This document shows positions 43,801 through 54,238 of a DNA stretch of 64,000 bases, one piece after another; the stretch's first letter is position 1, and each line of letters opens with the position of its first letter. Source of the stretch: an uncultured Planctomycetaceae bacterium (GTDB taxonomy: Bacteria; Planctomycetota; Planctomycetia; Planctomycetales; Planctomycetaceae); assembly GCA_963813715.1 (NCBI GenBank), contig CAWFAK010000016.1:416001-480000 (forward strand), written 5' to 3'. The notes under the pieces were generated by a model that ran no database searches, had not been told where the DNA came from, and saw nothing but the letters and a program-made list of their open reading frames with translations. Made by a program: the position numbers and the translations under genes.

Positions 43801-44766
43801 ATGCGCACGCCTGTGTTTATCGTTTGCGTTGCGTTTGCGCTTCTCGCCGGCGGCCTCCTTCCGCTGCAAGCCGCCGATCCCGAGGGCGAAGGCCCTCCTG
43901 CGAGCGGGATGAGACAATACGCCGTCCCGCTGAAGAAATTCGCTCAACTCCGTCAGAAGATGAGCAAACGCGAGGCGGACAGCCTTTTGGGAAAAGCTGG
44001 CGAGCACGAGTTCACGTACGTCGACCACGAAGGCGTCACCTGGCAGTGCGTCGAGTACACGGTCGCCGAATCTCCCCGTGATGCGTCTTCCGCCTTTGAT
44101 CTGCTCTATCGGGAGGGGCTTTTGTTTGGCGTCGTGGATTACATGGATGCATGGAACCATTACAAGGCGCTGATCGGTCTCAAGCCGGACGAAATCGAGG
44201 ATCCGGGACGCAAAGCGGAGCGTCTGCGACGCACCCCGCAAGCCGCATACGACGACGATTCACGCGTGCGAGAGTTTTTACGCGTCAAGTCGCTGCGCGG
44301 CGACGACATCGCGAAAGCGATGCCCAAGCTCACGGAGCGGATCCTGGCGGGCGAGCGTGAAAGCCGCGCTCGCGAGAAGCGAAACCCTCCTGATCCCGGC
44401 CTGACGGCGGTATTCGCCGCCATGAGCCTTCTGTTTCCTTCGTCAACGGCGCCGGTGGCTCGGGCCTATCGGTGGAATGCCCAGATGATGAAAACGTTCG
44501 ACGGCAACCGCGTGACCGTCGGAATGACGCCCGCCAACGTCGAAGCGTTGTTTGGGAAGCCGTTGCTCCGCCAGGAACTGCGGGATGGCACTTCCGCCGC
44601 AATCTATGGTCCCCGGGACACGAAGAATCTTACGATTGTGCCGCCCTATGTCGCTTGTAGCCCAGTGCTGGTTGTTTATCGTCACGGCGGGGTGATTCGC
44701 GTGTTGAGCAATTCGTTCTTCGACGGGGCCTGGCTGGAGACTGTGTGGCCCGACCTGAAATCGTAG
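43801..44766 (+). CDS. Secreted hypothetical protein with SmpA/BamE-like motifs
   Basis: Signal peptide; LRQKMSKREADSLLGKA and VTVGMTPANVEALFGKP. Confidence 0.6.
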   Translation: MRTPVFIVCVAFALLAGGLLPLQAADPEGEGPPASGMRQYAVPLKKFAQLRQKMSKREADSLLGKAGEHEFTYVDHEGVTWQCVEYTVAESPRDASSAFDLLYREGLLFGVVDYMDAWNHYKALIGLKPDEIEDPGRKAERLRRTPQAAYDDDSRVREFLRVKSLRGDDIAKAMPKLTERILAGERESRAREKRNPPDPGLTAVFAAMSLLFPSSTAPVARAYRWNAQMMKTFDGNRVTVGMTPANVEALFGKPLLRQELRDGTSAAIYGPRDTKNLTIVPPYVACSPVLVVYRHGGVIRVLSNSFFDGAWLETVWPDLKS

Positions 44767-44805
44767 CAGTGACTCTAGACTAGATTTGTAACCCGACGTG
44801 ACGTC

Positions 44806-46151
44806 ATGCCGCATCCCTTGTTCGAAATCCCTGAGCTGGCCAACCTGGAGACGGGGCTCGGGCTGGTGCGGATTCCGATGGAGTTGGACGTGCCGTTCAC
44901 GCCGCGCGTCCGGGCGATCGTCGATACGCCGCAGTTTCAGCGGTTGAAGCACATTACGCAGCTGGGGCTCGCGTCGCGAGTCTATCCGGGGGCCACGCAC
45001 ACGCGGTTCGAGCATGCGCTGGGCGTCTTTTACAACGCCGTCCGCTATCTCCGGCAGCTCGGCAAGGATCCGCGGTTTCGCGAGGTCATCGATCGGCACC
45101 GGGCGGAGGTGCTGTTGTGCGCGGCCCTGCTGCACGACGTCGGGCATTGGCCCTTTTGTCACCCGATCGAGGACATGGGACTTGACGATCTGCCGCCGCA
45201 CGAGGAATTTGCCGCCCATTTTCTCGCGGACACGAGCGAACTGAGCTTCGTGCTGCGGGAGCAATGGGAGGTCGAGTCGCAGGAAGTGCTCGACATCGTG
45301 ACCGCGCGGGACGAATCGCCGTCGGGCCGCTTGTTGCATTCGATCCTTTCCGGCCCGATCGACATCGACAAAATGGATTACCTCGATCGGGACAGCCTGC
45401 ACGCCGGCGTTCCCTACGGCCGCAATTTCGACCGCAATCGGCTGATCCAGTCGCTCCTCTTGAACGAGGCGCAAAACGGGCTGGCCATTTCGACCAAGGG
45501 AAAGACGGCCGCCGAGCTGATGGTGTTTGCCCGCTACGTGATGTTCAGCGAGGTCTACTGGCACCACGCCGTCCGCTCGGCCACGAGCATGTTCGCCCGA
45601 GCGTTCTTCGAGCTGCGGGGAAAACTCGACCTCAAATCGTTCTTCCAGCTCAGCGAATCGGAATCGATCACTCGCCTGGTCCAGGCGGCCGCCGGGACGC
45701 GCTGCGCCCGCTGCTCGAGGCGCTGTTCGGCGCACGGCGCGAGCTCTACAAGCGGGTGGCCGAATTCAGCCTCTACCAACTTCCGGAGACCTATCGGTTG
45801 CTCGCGCGGCGGCCGTACGGGTACCTCGTCGAGTGTGCCGAAACGCTGGCCGAACAGCTGGCGGAAGAACTGGGCGAGCAGGTGCAGCCGACGGACGTGC
45901 TGATCGACGCCCCGCCGCCCGATCGCGAGATCGAATTCAACGTCGAAATCTTCTTCCCCAAAGAGGGCGTTTACCGGCCGCTGCACACCGTCTCGCCGGT
46001 GGTCGAAGCGCTCGCCCGGACCCAGTTCGACGATTACGTCAAACGCGTGCGGGTCTTCGCCCACCCGCGCTGGGCGAAGCAGATCAACGATTCGGGCGCC
46101 TTCTCACGCTGCCTGGCGACCGCCATTTCCGAGACCAGTGACTCGCGGTAG
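44806..46151 (+). CDS. HD-domain phosphohydrolase, SAMHD1/dNTPase-like (frameshift near 45705)
   Basis: FQRLKHITQLG, YPGATHTRFEHALG, LLHDVGHWPFCH, DIDKMDYLDRDS. Confidence 0.9.
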
Positions 46152-46307
46152 CGGCCGATTCCCACGGGCCTACGGCTGTTCGCCGAAGAAAAAGACACCC
46201 CGAACGGGCGGCGTGTGCGCATCTTGCCCGATTTGGCCGTCTTTGCTAAAAGACCTGCCGCCAACGCATCCCTGCCTTACTCGCGGTCCTTCGCGGAGCG
46301 AAGTTCG

Positions 46308-47186
46308 ATGAACGACACGATGTCGAATGTCTCCATCTCGAACGTTCCGCCGTCGAGCGTTCCACTGCCCGCTGCCTCGCCCCGACGCCTGACGATCGGT
46401 CGCCTGGTCTTGATCGGGGCCGCAGCTTTGCCGTTTGCGGCATCCCTCGGTTTCTGCTCGATCGAGCGCAAGCCGAATCCGCTCCGCGATTCGGTCGAGC
46501 GTCCGGCGGTCGTCTTCGATCAGTACCTCGTCAACCTGGGCGAGATTCACAACACGGCCCGGGCCGAAGCCAAGTTCCGCTTCAAGAATTGCGGCAGCTT
46601 CCCCGTGCGGATCACGAACGTGACGCCCAGCTGCAATTGCCTCTCGCCGAAGATCGAAAAACGGGCCTATGCGCCGGGCGAAATCAGCGAGTTCACGCTC
46701 GGCGTCTTGACCACGCATCAGACGCCGGGCCAGCACGAGTACCTGGTCACGATCGACTACGAAGATCCGCAGCCGCGCTCGGTGACGGTCACGTTCAAGC
46801 TGACCATCCGCCGCGAAGTCACGCTGAGCCCGGGGCAATTGATCATCTATCAGAACGGCCATACGGAGACGGAGCAAAAGGTCCAGCTCACGGACATGCG
46901 GCCCAAGCCCTTCCGCGTGACGTCGGCCTACTGCCGCTCCAAGCTCGTCAAAGTCGAGCTGGGAAAGACGGTCGACGATCCGGAAGGGGGCCGCGAGACG
47001 ACGGTCATCGTCCGCGTGGCCGCGCAGGTGCCCGCCGCGGGCGAAGACTGCTCGGTCTACATCACGACCGACGATCCGCACTATCCGAAGATTCCCGTGC
47101 CGCTGCGGATTCGCGACGTAACGGCGAAGGTCACGCCGCCCGCCGAGAGCGAGACGCACGCCGCGCTGCCCGGGGCCGCTCATTGA
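46308..47186 (+). CDS. DUF1573 Ig-like domain protein
   Basis: TM, VNLGEI, FRFKNCG, ITNVTPSCNC, YAPGE. Confidence 0.8.
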   Translation: MNDTMSNVSISNVPPSSVPLPAASPRRLTIGRLVLIGAAALPFAASLGFCSIERKPNPLRDSVERPAVVFDQYLVNLGEIHNTARAEAKFRFKNCGSFPVRITNVTPSCNCLSPKIEKRAYAPGEISEFTLGVLTTHQTPGQHEYLVTIDYEDPQPRSVTVTFKLTIRREVTLSPGQLIIYQNGHTETEQKVQLTDMRPKPFRVTSAYCRSKLVKVELGKTVDDPEGGRETTVIVRVAAQVPAAGEDCSVYITTDDPHYPKIPVPLRIRDVTAKVTPPAESETHAALPGAAH

Positions 47187-47656
47187 TGCCGGCCGCCGGT
47201 GCGTCGGATGAGGGGCCGACGGACGAGGCACGGGCGGACGACGATCGCGAGCGCATCGCGCTGGCAATCCAGCAACCCTGGGCCGAGCTGATCCTCCGCG
47301 GGATCAAAACCCTCGAGATTCGTTCGCAGCCGACACGGCAGCGCGGCACGATCCTGTTGTACGCGAGCAAACGTGTGTCGGCCCTGCCGGCGGCGCACGC
47401 GGCGGTACGCCGTCTCGATCTGGATGTCGAGTCGTTGCCCCGCGGGAAAGTCGTGGGGTCCGTCGATTTGATCGACTGCCGACTCGCGCGTTCCAGCGAT
47501 CAGCCGGCGGCCTGCGTCGGGGCTGAGCTCTTGAAGGGACAATTCGCCTACGAGGTCGTTCGTCCGCGGCGATTCGCCACGCCACGAGCCCCGCGATTTC
47601 TGCCGTATGGCGTCTGGTTCTATCCGTTCAAACGCCGGCCGAAACGGGATCGCTAA
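47186..47656 (+). CDS. ASCH domain protein
   Basis: ALAIQQPWAELILRGIKTLEIRS..GTILLYAS, LPRGKVVGSVDLIDC; TGATG coupling. Confidence 0.88.
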   Translation: MPAAGASDEGPTDEARADDDRERIALAIQQPWAELILRGIKTLEIRSQPTRQRGTILLYASKRVSALPAAHAAVRRLDLDVESLPRGKVVGSVDLIDCRLARSSDQPAACVGAELLKGQFAYEVVRPRRFATPRAPRFLPYGVWFYPFKRRPKRDR

Positions 47657-47698
47657 CCGTTCGCGACGACGACGCGCGGGCGTCGCGCTAGCCCGTCG

Positions 47699-47902
47699 CT
47701 ATTTGATGAGAATCAGCTTGCCGTTGCGGGTGACCTGCAGGCGATAGATTTTCTCGTCGTGGCGGATCTGGACTTCGCGGGCGCCCTGAAAGAGGTCGGC
47801 CGAATTGACCGTGCGCTGGGGCAAACTTTCGCTCGGCACCGCGTGAAACTCGGAGGGCCTGAGCGGATTGTGATCGGACGCGGGGGCAGGGTCTGAGTTC
47901 AT
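47699..47902 (-). CDS. hemP: Hemin uptake protein HemP
   Basis: SADLFQGAREVQIRHDEKIYRLQVTRNGKLILIK; GGAGG RBS. Confidence 0.92.
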   Translation of the reverse strand: MNSDPAPASDHNPLRPSEFHAVPSESLPQRTVNSADLFQGAREVQIRHDEKIYRLQVTRNGKLILIK

Positions 47903-47957
47903 ATTTAGCGCACGACCTCCCAGCGGACGGCGGGCGAAAACCGAGTTGCATGGGAGC

Positions 47958-47986
47958 AATCTATTGCAATTGAGACTCAGTGTCAA
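47958..47986 (-). promoter_or_regulatory. hemP sigma-70 promoter overlapped by Fur-like box
   Basis: TTGACA-N17-TAGATT; imperfect palindrome TTGAGACTCAGTGTCAA at 47970-47986. Confidence 0.8.
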
Positions 47987-48111
47987 CAAACTGAGCCGTC
48001 CCTGAGCCCTGAATTCGGCGATCAGTCTCTTTCCGCCTCGTCAGCGCGCCCCCGCTCCCGGCCGGCCAGCACCCGCGTCACCAAATCTGCGAAATCGCGA
48101 GGATAGCCCTC

Positions 48112-49432
48112 ATGCCGCAGCCCGGCAACTTCAATAAGCCCGTCCTTCGGGACTGGCACGTCTGGGTCGTCAACGAGAATGCCGATGGAAGCCGGCGGTG
48201 ATCGCGATCCGGGAGATCTGCGGCTGCTGGAAACCCGCGTTCCGACACGCCCGTCGAACGCTTCACGAACCGCGTGTTCGCCTACTGCGATGTCTTTCCG
48301 GACGGCCGCGTGCTGCCCAACGACACCCTGGGGAGTTGGGGGTCGTTTCCACACTTGATCGACCCGTGCGCGCTCTTCATCCCGTTGCCTGCGGATCGCG
48401 CGGCGCTCACCAAAGGATGGTCGAGGGCCATGCCCGGCTGTGCCTTGCCGGAGCGCGGCGAGCGAATCTTCAAATGCGCAATCGATCCAACGGCACGCTC
48501 GGAGGGCCCCGTCGTGATCAACTGCACCGAGCACGATCCGATGCACGCGGCCTACGATCAAAAGGAGTCACGCCGGTGTGTGTTCGACGTCGCCGCTGGT
48601 CGCCTGCTGGAATACACGCGCGAATCCGACGAGCGCGGCGCCCGCAAAGGCCAGCCGCGCTTGCACCGCCACTCGGTCTTCAAGCTGAAGTCGGTCAGCC
48701 ACAAACCACTCGTGTGGATCAACGCGCTGAAGAAGGAATCGGAGCAATTGTTCCTCCGGAAACGGGAATACGATCAGCTCGCAGACGAATGCCTGCGGAC
48801 GCGGACCGTCAAGGCATGCCGGGAGCTGACCGATCGAACGCGCGAGCGAGTCCTCACGGCCCAGAAGTCGGCGACCGTGGATCCGGTGCGAGAGCAGTAC
48901 GTCGCCTTTCTCAAGATGGTCGATCGCGACACAACCTTTGCTCTCGATGACGCCCGGCTCAAGGAGACACTCTACGCCCGCGGGCCGGCGACCTGGGAAT
49001 TGACGGCATTCGACGGCAGCAAGCATCGCCTCAGCGAATACCGCGGAAAGGTCGTGGTCCTCGATTTCTGGTTTGCCAACTGTGGCTGGTGCATCAAGTC
49101 GTACCCGCAGGTCAACGATATCGCCAGAAAGTACAAGCACCGAGGGGTCGTCGTCTTCGGGATGAACACCGACGCCCCGGAGGAAGCGGACCTCGCGCGG
49201 AACGTGATCCGCGAGATGGCCCTCACCTACACCAATCTAAAAGCCAGGCCCGCTCTCCCCTTCTATCAAGACGAGGCCGCCAAGCATTTCATCGGCGGCG
49301 CCGACGCTGTTCATCCTCGATCAGACGGGAAAAATCGCCGAGATCCACGAAGGCTATCGAGTGGACCTCGTCCAGCGGATCGGCCAAACGATCGACCGCC
49401 TGCTCGCCAACCAGGCCGCGCCTCCGAAGTGA
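48112..49432 (+). CDS. TlpA/redoxin-domain protein (5' end uncertain; frameshifts near 48200-48240 and 49300)
   Basis: LSEYRGKVVVLDFWFANCGWC, GMNTD; PTLFILDQTGKI in shifted frame. Confidence 0.8.
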
Positions 49433-49547
49433 CTCGCGCAGTCACCGCGCCGATCGGAGTCCCAGAATCGCGCCCGTTGCCCGACCAATCGCTCACGATT
49501 TGCAAATTCGGATTGAATCGAAGCGTTCGCACAATGGGCCGCCGACG

Positions 49548-51218
49548 TCACGACGCGGGGCGGTGCCAGCGGAACAAGAGTCCGATTTCGTCCATGCGGA
49601 AGGCGCGAGCGAGGCCGAAATAAGTCGCCAGCGAAGCGCCCACCGGCGCGCCGACGCGGCACAACCGCGCGGCCCAACTGTGGCCCGTCGGGCAACAGGC
49701 AAGCGCGATCAGGCAGACAATTGTCATCGCTGCCGTCGCGGTGCCGGTCTGCAAACAGCTGCGACGCAGCGCCCGCCAGTCGAGACGACCGACGCGCAGT
49801 TCAAACACCCAGAGCACGAGGCCGCACTGCACGATCGATGAGACGGCCGTCGCGAGCGCCAACCCGCCCCCGCCCATCGGCCAGATTAGCGTCACGTCGA
49901 GCGTCAGGTTGATCGCCATCCCCACCAGGCTCATCAGCAGCGGGGAACGGCGGTCACCGACGGCGTAGAATCCGCGATGGACGATGAGCAACGCGCAATA
50001 GGCCCACACCGCGCAGCCGAACATGCGGACCATGTCGGTCGTCTGACGGACCGCCTCGTCGTCGAAGGTGCCGTGCTGAAACAACAGAATCGTGAGCGGC
50101 CGCGCGAGCACGACGAGTCCCGCGCTCGCCGGCACACTGATGAACAGCACCAGCTTCAGCCCCCGCGCTAAATCCTCGCGGAGTTTGTCCATCCGATATT
50201 CGGCCGCATGTTGCGACAGAATGGGAAACAACACCGTCCCCAGGGCTACGCCGAACACGCCCAGCGGGAATTGATAGACCCTCGCGCCGAAGTAGAGGGC
50301 CGAGGCCGTCCCTGGATCGAGCGGATACGCCAGCCCGCCCGGCAGCCAGGGAATGGTGCCCGCGGATTCCGGCCGCGTGAAGCCCCACGCCGCCAGTCCG
50401 TCCAGAAGTGAATTGAGCTGCGTGACCGACAGGCCGATCGTGACCGCGAACATGGCCCGCCCTATCTCGGCCAGTCGCCCGTCGGCGAGGCGCCAATCGG
50501 AAACGTAGCGATATCCCAAGCGGCGCAAGGTCGAGAGCGGCGCTGCCAATTGGAAGAAGCCCGACGCCACGATCGCCACGGACACCGCGTAGATCTTGGC
50601 CGTCGGCGATTCGATAAAAGGCACCCACAGCCACAGGCTGGCGATCCAGACGACGTTGAGCAGCACCGGCTCCAATGACGGCCACCAGAAGTGATTGAGG
50701 CCGTACATTACCGCGTTGAGCTGCGCGACGACGCACACCAGGATCAAGTACGGCAGCAGGACGGCCGTCAGCCCCAGCAGGATGCGGAGGTCCGACCCCG
50801 GCGTGCTGCCCAGCCACATCAACAGCACGATCAGCTCGCCGGCGATGACCAAGAGCGTCAGGCCGATGGCCAGCACCGCCAGCACGCCGCTGGCCAGCCG
50901 CCAGCCGGCGTCGGCCCCCTTGTGCATTCGCTCCTGCAGAAAGGCAGGCAGAAAGGCGGCCGTGAGCGCGCCTTCGCCGAACATGCCGCGGGCCAGACCG
51001 GGGACGCGGAAGGCGACGGAGAATGCGTCCATCAGCGCGCCGTTGCCGAAGACGGCCGCCATCGCCACATCGCGGACCAGACCGAGCACGCGGCTGGCCA
51101 CCGTCAAGAGGCTGACAGTCCGCAGGCCGGCCGTTACTCCGCGGCTGCCGCCGGCGGTGGACGCGGCGCGTTCCGGGGAGTTATCGCACGACGGGCTCGA
51201 ACCGGGCGCGGTTGACAT
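49548..51218 (-). CDS. murJ: Lipid II flippase MurJ/MviN
   Basis: SRVLGLVRD, DAFSVAFRVP, FGEGALTAAFLP, QFPLGVFG. Confidence 0.93.
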   Translation of the reverse strand: MSTAPGSSPSCDNSPERAASTAGGSRGVTAGLRTVSLLTVASRVLGLVRDVAMAAVFGNGALMDAFSVAFRVPGLARGMFGEGALTAAFLPAFLQERMHKGADAGWRLASGVLAVLAIGLTLLVIAGELIVLLMWLGSTPGSDLRILLGLTAVLLPYLILVCVVAQLNAVMYGLNHFWWPSLEPVLLNVVWIASLWLWVPFIESPTAKIYAVSVAIVASGFFQLAAPLSTLRRLGYRYVSDWRLADGRLAEIGRAMFAVTIGLSVTQLNSLLDGLAAWGFTRPESAGTIPWLPGGLAYPLDPGTASALYFGARVYQFPLGVFGVALGTVLFPILSQHAAEYRMDKLREDLARGLKLVLFISVPASAGLVVLARPLTILLFQHGTFDDEAVRQTTDMVRMFGCAVWAYCALLIVHRGFYAVGDRRSPLLMSLVGMAINLTLDVTLIWPMGGGGLALATAVSSIVQCGLVLWVFELRVGRLDWRALRRSCLQTGTATAAMTIVCLIALACCPTGHSWAARLCRVGAPVGASLATYFGLARAFRMDEIGLLFRWHRPAS

Positions 51219-51618
51219 CGAGTTGCGCCAGGATATCAACCACGCGATCCGTCGGCAGGCCCCAATCGATGGCCCAATTGATGATGTCGAGGTTTTCGTG
51301 CCCCGCGTACACCCGATCGAGCACGCGATCCACCAGGCAATCGCCGCTGGCGATCAGCGCGTCGATCTTGCCGAAGGGCTCGTCGTCGAACTCGGCCCAG
51401 CGTTTGCGGCCGCGCAGATGTTCGATGCGGCGATAACGGCAGTACGCGCGCCAGTATTTGCGATACCAGTCGCGGATGGCCTGGTCGCCCAGGTCGCGTC
51501 CGTGTTTCTGGCTTTCGATCCACTTATGACGTTGAGCTTCGCGCCGCGCTTCTTCGTGAATGCTGGCCGAACGCCCCGATAGCACTGCCTGAGATAACAC
51601 TGCCTGAGAGCACATCAT
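51181..51618 (-). CDS. Conserved hypothetical protein (HKWIESxKxGRDLG motif)
   Basis: GGAGG RBS; EAQRHKWIESQKHGRDLGDQAIRDW. Confidence 0.75.
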   Translation of the reverse strand: MMCSQAVLSQAVLSGRSASIHEEARREAQRHKWIESQKHGRDLGDQAIRDWYRKYWRAYCRYRRIEHLRGRKRWAEFDDEPFGKIDALIASGDCLVDRVLDRVYAGHENLDIINWAIDWGLPTDRVVDILAQLDVNRARFEPVVR

Positions 51619-51746
51619 CCACCTCCGGCCGTCGCCGTCGTCTGCGGTGACCGGCAATTCATTTGTCAGCGCTTGAGCCCAGGCTCCCTACTTCCAGACG
51701 GGTGTCCTGAGCAACGGTGTGGAGTGTCGTTCGGGACTATAGCCGG

Positions 51747-52763
51747 TCATTTTCGCTGGGACAAGGCAGATGTCCCGGCCAGCTTCACCAGCAGTGTCTC
51801 GAGCACTTGCCTTTCGGGAATGAGGAACGCACCCTTGAGCGCGCTATCGGCTTCGAGCAAGCGAGACGAGATCCGCTGCGCCTCCGCGCGACCGAGCCGC
51901 CGTAAGTACGCGGCCGATTCGCCGATTTCCCGGGGGAAGACGCCCGCTTCTCCCAGAGCGCGGTCGAGCGAAGTCCCCTGGCCCGATAAGGCGACGGCCT
52001 GCGCTAACCGACGGAATACGAACGTAAGGCCGCCGAGAATTTTGTGCGCCGACTCACCCGCGTCGAGCAGTTGATTGAGCAGGTCGAGGGCCTCGCCCGT
52101 TTCGCCGCGACGGACGGCCGCCGCGATCGACCAGGTCGTTTCGGTGGCCCAGCCGCCGACCAGCGTTTCGACGTCGGCGATTTCGATCGTCGTCCGCTGG
52201 CCCACGTAGGCGGACAGTTTGGCCAGTTCCTGTTCCAGCAGGCCCAGGTCGCCGCCGGCCAGCTCGTAAATCAAATTGGCCGTCTCGCGAGTGACCGATT
52301 TGCCGTGCGCGGTCTTGGCCGTCTCGGCGATCCAGCGCACGAGATCGCTGCCGGACAGCGGCCCGCATTCCACTTCCAGGCCGACCTTGGGCACCGCCTT
52401 GGCCAGGCGGGTCGTTTTGGGCCAGGCCTTCACGTCGAGCACCAGCACCGAGTTTTTGGCCGGTTTCTGCAGGTATTTCTCCAGCCCTTCGCGATTCTGC
52501 GAGACGAAACGGTCGGCATCGTCGAGGATGACCAGCCGGCTGCTCCCCCACATCGAAATGGTCCGCAGCTCGTCGCACACGGTCTTGAGGTCGGCCTGGT
52601 CGCCGGCAAATCGAGTCAGCCCCAAATGTTCCTCGTCCTCGCCCAAAACCAGTCGGCACAAACGCTCGAAGACGGCCCGCTTCAGGTACTGTTCTTCCCC
52701 AAATAGGACGGCGATGACGCCGACTTTTTGCTCGGAGGACTTCAAAAACGCGGTCGCGTGCAT
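51747..52763 (-). CDS. holA: DNA polymerase III delta subunit
   Basis: LFGEEQYLK, DELRTISMWG..RLVILDDAD, LEQELAKL. Confidence 0.92.
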   Translation of the reverse strand: MHATAFLKSSEQKVGVIAVLFGEEQYLKRAVFERLCRLVLGEDEEHLGLTRFAGDQADLKTVCDELRTISMWGSSRLVILDDADRFVSQNREGLEKYLQKPAKNSVLVLDVKAWPKTTRLAKAVPKVGLEVECGPLSGSDLVRWIAETAKTAHGKSVTRETANLIYELAGGDLGLLEQELAKLSAYVGQRTTIEIADVETLVGGWATETTWSIAAAVRRGETGEALDLLNQLLDAGESAHKILGGLTFVFRRLAQAVALSGQGTSLDRALGEAGVFPREIGESAAYLRRLGRAEAQRISSRLLEADSALKGAFLIPERQVLETLLVKLAGTSALSQRK

Positions 52764-52769
52764 TGGGGA

Positions 52770-52798
52770 TTGACCTGCCAGAGAGCGACGCCTACAGT
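52770..52798 (+). promoter_or_regulatory. sigma-70 promoter
   Basis: TTGACC-N17-TACAGT upstream of the PGM-like gene. Confidence 0.55.
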
Positions 52799-52820
52799 CG
52801 CCGCCCGATTACAGCACTGG

Positions 52821-54155
52821 ATGCCGGCGATGGCAATCGACGTCGAGAGCAAGGCCTACATTTGCCCCGGCGAGACGCACGCGATTTCGCGATCCGTGCA
52901 CCTCGCCCGGCTGGCCGCGGCCTTTCCGCCATGTCGCGAGTGTCCACTCCGCGAGGACGGGACGCGATTCGCTGTCCGCGATCTGCCCATTGTCGAACCG
53001 GACCCGCCCGCGCTCCGCCGTCGCGAGCTGCCGGCGACCGAGGGACTGCGCGGCGTCTTTCTCAACGACATCACCCGTCACTTCGCCGAGAGGGTTGCCG
53101 CGCGATTTGCCGAGATGTTGTGGGAGCGAGCGCCGGTGCGCGGTCCCAACGACGGCATCGACCGCGGGGCGCGAGTGGCGCGGCCGACGGTCGTCGTCGG
53201 CTATGACGACCGCCCCTCGTCGCCGACGATCTTCGCGGCGGCCGTTGCCGGTTTGCGGCGGATGGGTTGCCACGTGCTCGACGTTGGCCTGGTGACCAAG
53301 CCTTGCTTCTGGTTCGCCGTCGCTCAGGTGCATGCTTCGGGCGGACTGTTCGTGACCGGCTCGGGCGCGGAGCCCGCGTGGACGGGCCTCGATTTTCTCT
53401 GGGAAGACGCACGACCCGCGTCTGCGGCGGAGATTGCAGAGCTGCGGAGCGCCGCCCAGCTCGATCGCGGCCCGTCGCTCGTCCGAAAACGTCCGACACG
53501 CAGCGCCGGCACCGAGCGCACGTTTCCCGCCGTCGCTCGTTATGAAGAGTCACTCGCACCGCGGTTTGCTGACCTCCGCGTCAAGAAGATTGCCTGTGCG
53601 TCGTCCTCGGCGCGGGTCGGGGAGGTCCTGCAGCGAATGCTGAAAAAAAATCCCGAGTGCGAGGTGTTGTATACGGCGCTGCCCGTGAAGATTCGCAACC
53701 CGGCCCGGCGACGCGACGAGGGCATCTTGCAGCTTTCGCAGACGGTGCGCGAGCGGCAGGCCCAGCTCGGCATTCTGTTCGATGATGACGGGCAGCGATG
53801 CGGGTTTATCGACGAGCGGGGCCGCCACGTCGCGTCCGCCGCCATCGCCCGCCTGGTCGTCCCGCCTTTGCTCGCGGAACAGCCGGGCTCGACCGTCGTG
53901 TTGGAGCCGGCGGCACTCGTCGAGCTGCGTCCGCTGATTGAGGCGATGGGCGGACGTTGCCAGCCCGGCGACAGCGACGCTGCCGCGATTGCCGCGGCCG
54001 TCCGCGAACACCGGGCGGTCTACGCAGGAGGCGACACGGGCCGCCACTGGTTTTTCGACGGCTACGCGAACTGCGACGCACTCTTGATCGTCGCCCGTGT
54101 GCTCGCTGCGCTCAGCCGTGCAGATCAACCATTCTCTCAACTTGCCGCGACTTAA
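52821..54155 (+). CDS. Phosphohexomutase (PMM/PGM)-fold protein, degenerate active site
   Basis: EGLRG, VVVGYDDRPSS, DVGLVTKP, FDDDGQR, GGDTGRHWF, DAL. Confidence 0.75.
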   Translation: MPAMAIDVESKAYICPGETHAISRSVHLARLAAAFPPCRECPLREDGTRFAVRDLPIVEPDPPALRRRELPATEGLRGVFLNDITRHFAERVAARFAEMLWERAPVRGPNDGIDRGARVARPTVVVGYDDRPSSPTIFAAAVAGLRRMGCHVLDVGLVTKPCFWFAVAQVHASGGLFVTGSGAEPAWTGLDFLWEDARPASAAEIAELRSAAQLDRGPSLVRKRPTRSAGTERTFPAVARYEESLAPRFADLRVKKIACASSSARVGEVLQRMLKKNPECEVLYTALPVKIRNPARRRDEGILQLSQTVRERQAQLGILFDDDGQRCGFIDERGRHVASAAIARLVVPPLLAEQPGSTVVLEPAALVELRPLIEAMGGRCQPGDSDAAAIAAAVREHRAVYAGGDTGRHWFFDGYANCDALLIVARVLAALSRADQPFSQLAAT

Positions 54156-54238
54156 GTCTTGTCGGGCAGGCTGCGCCAGCCAATTGCCAATAGGCCGACT
54201 ACTACGAAGTCGTGAAGGCCGCTACGTGGGACACCCGC

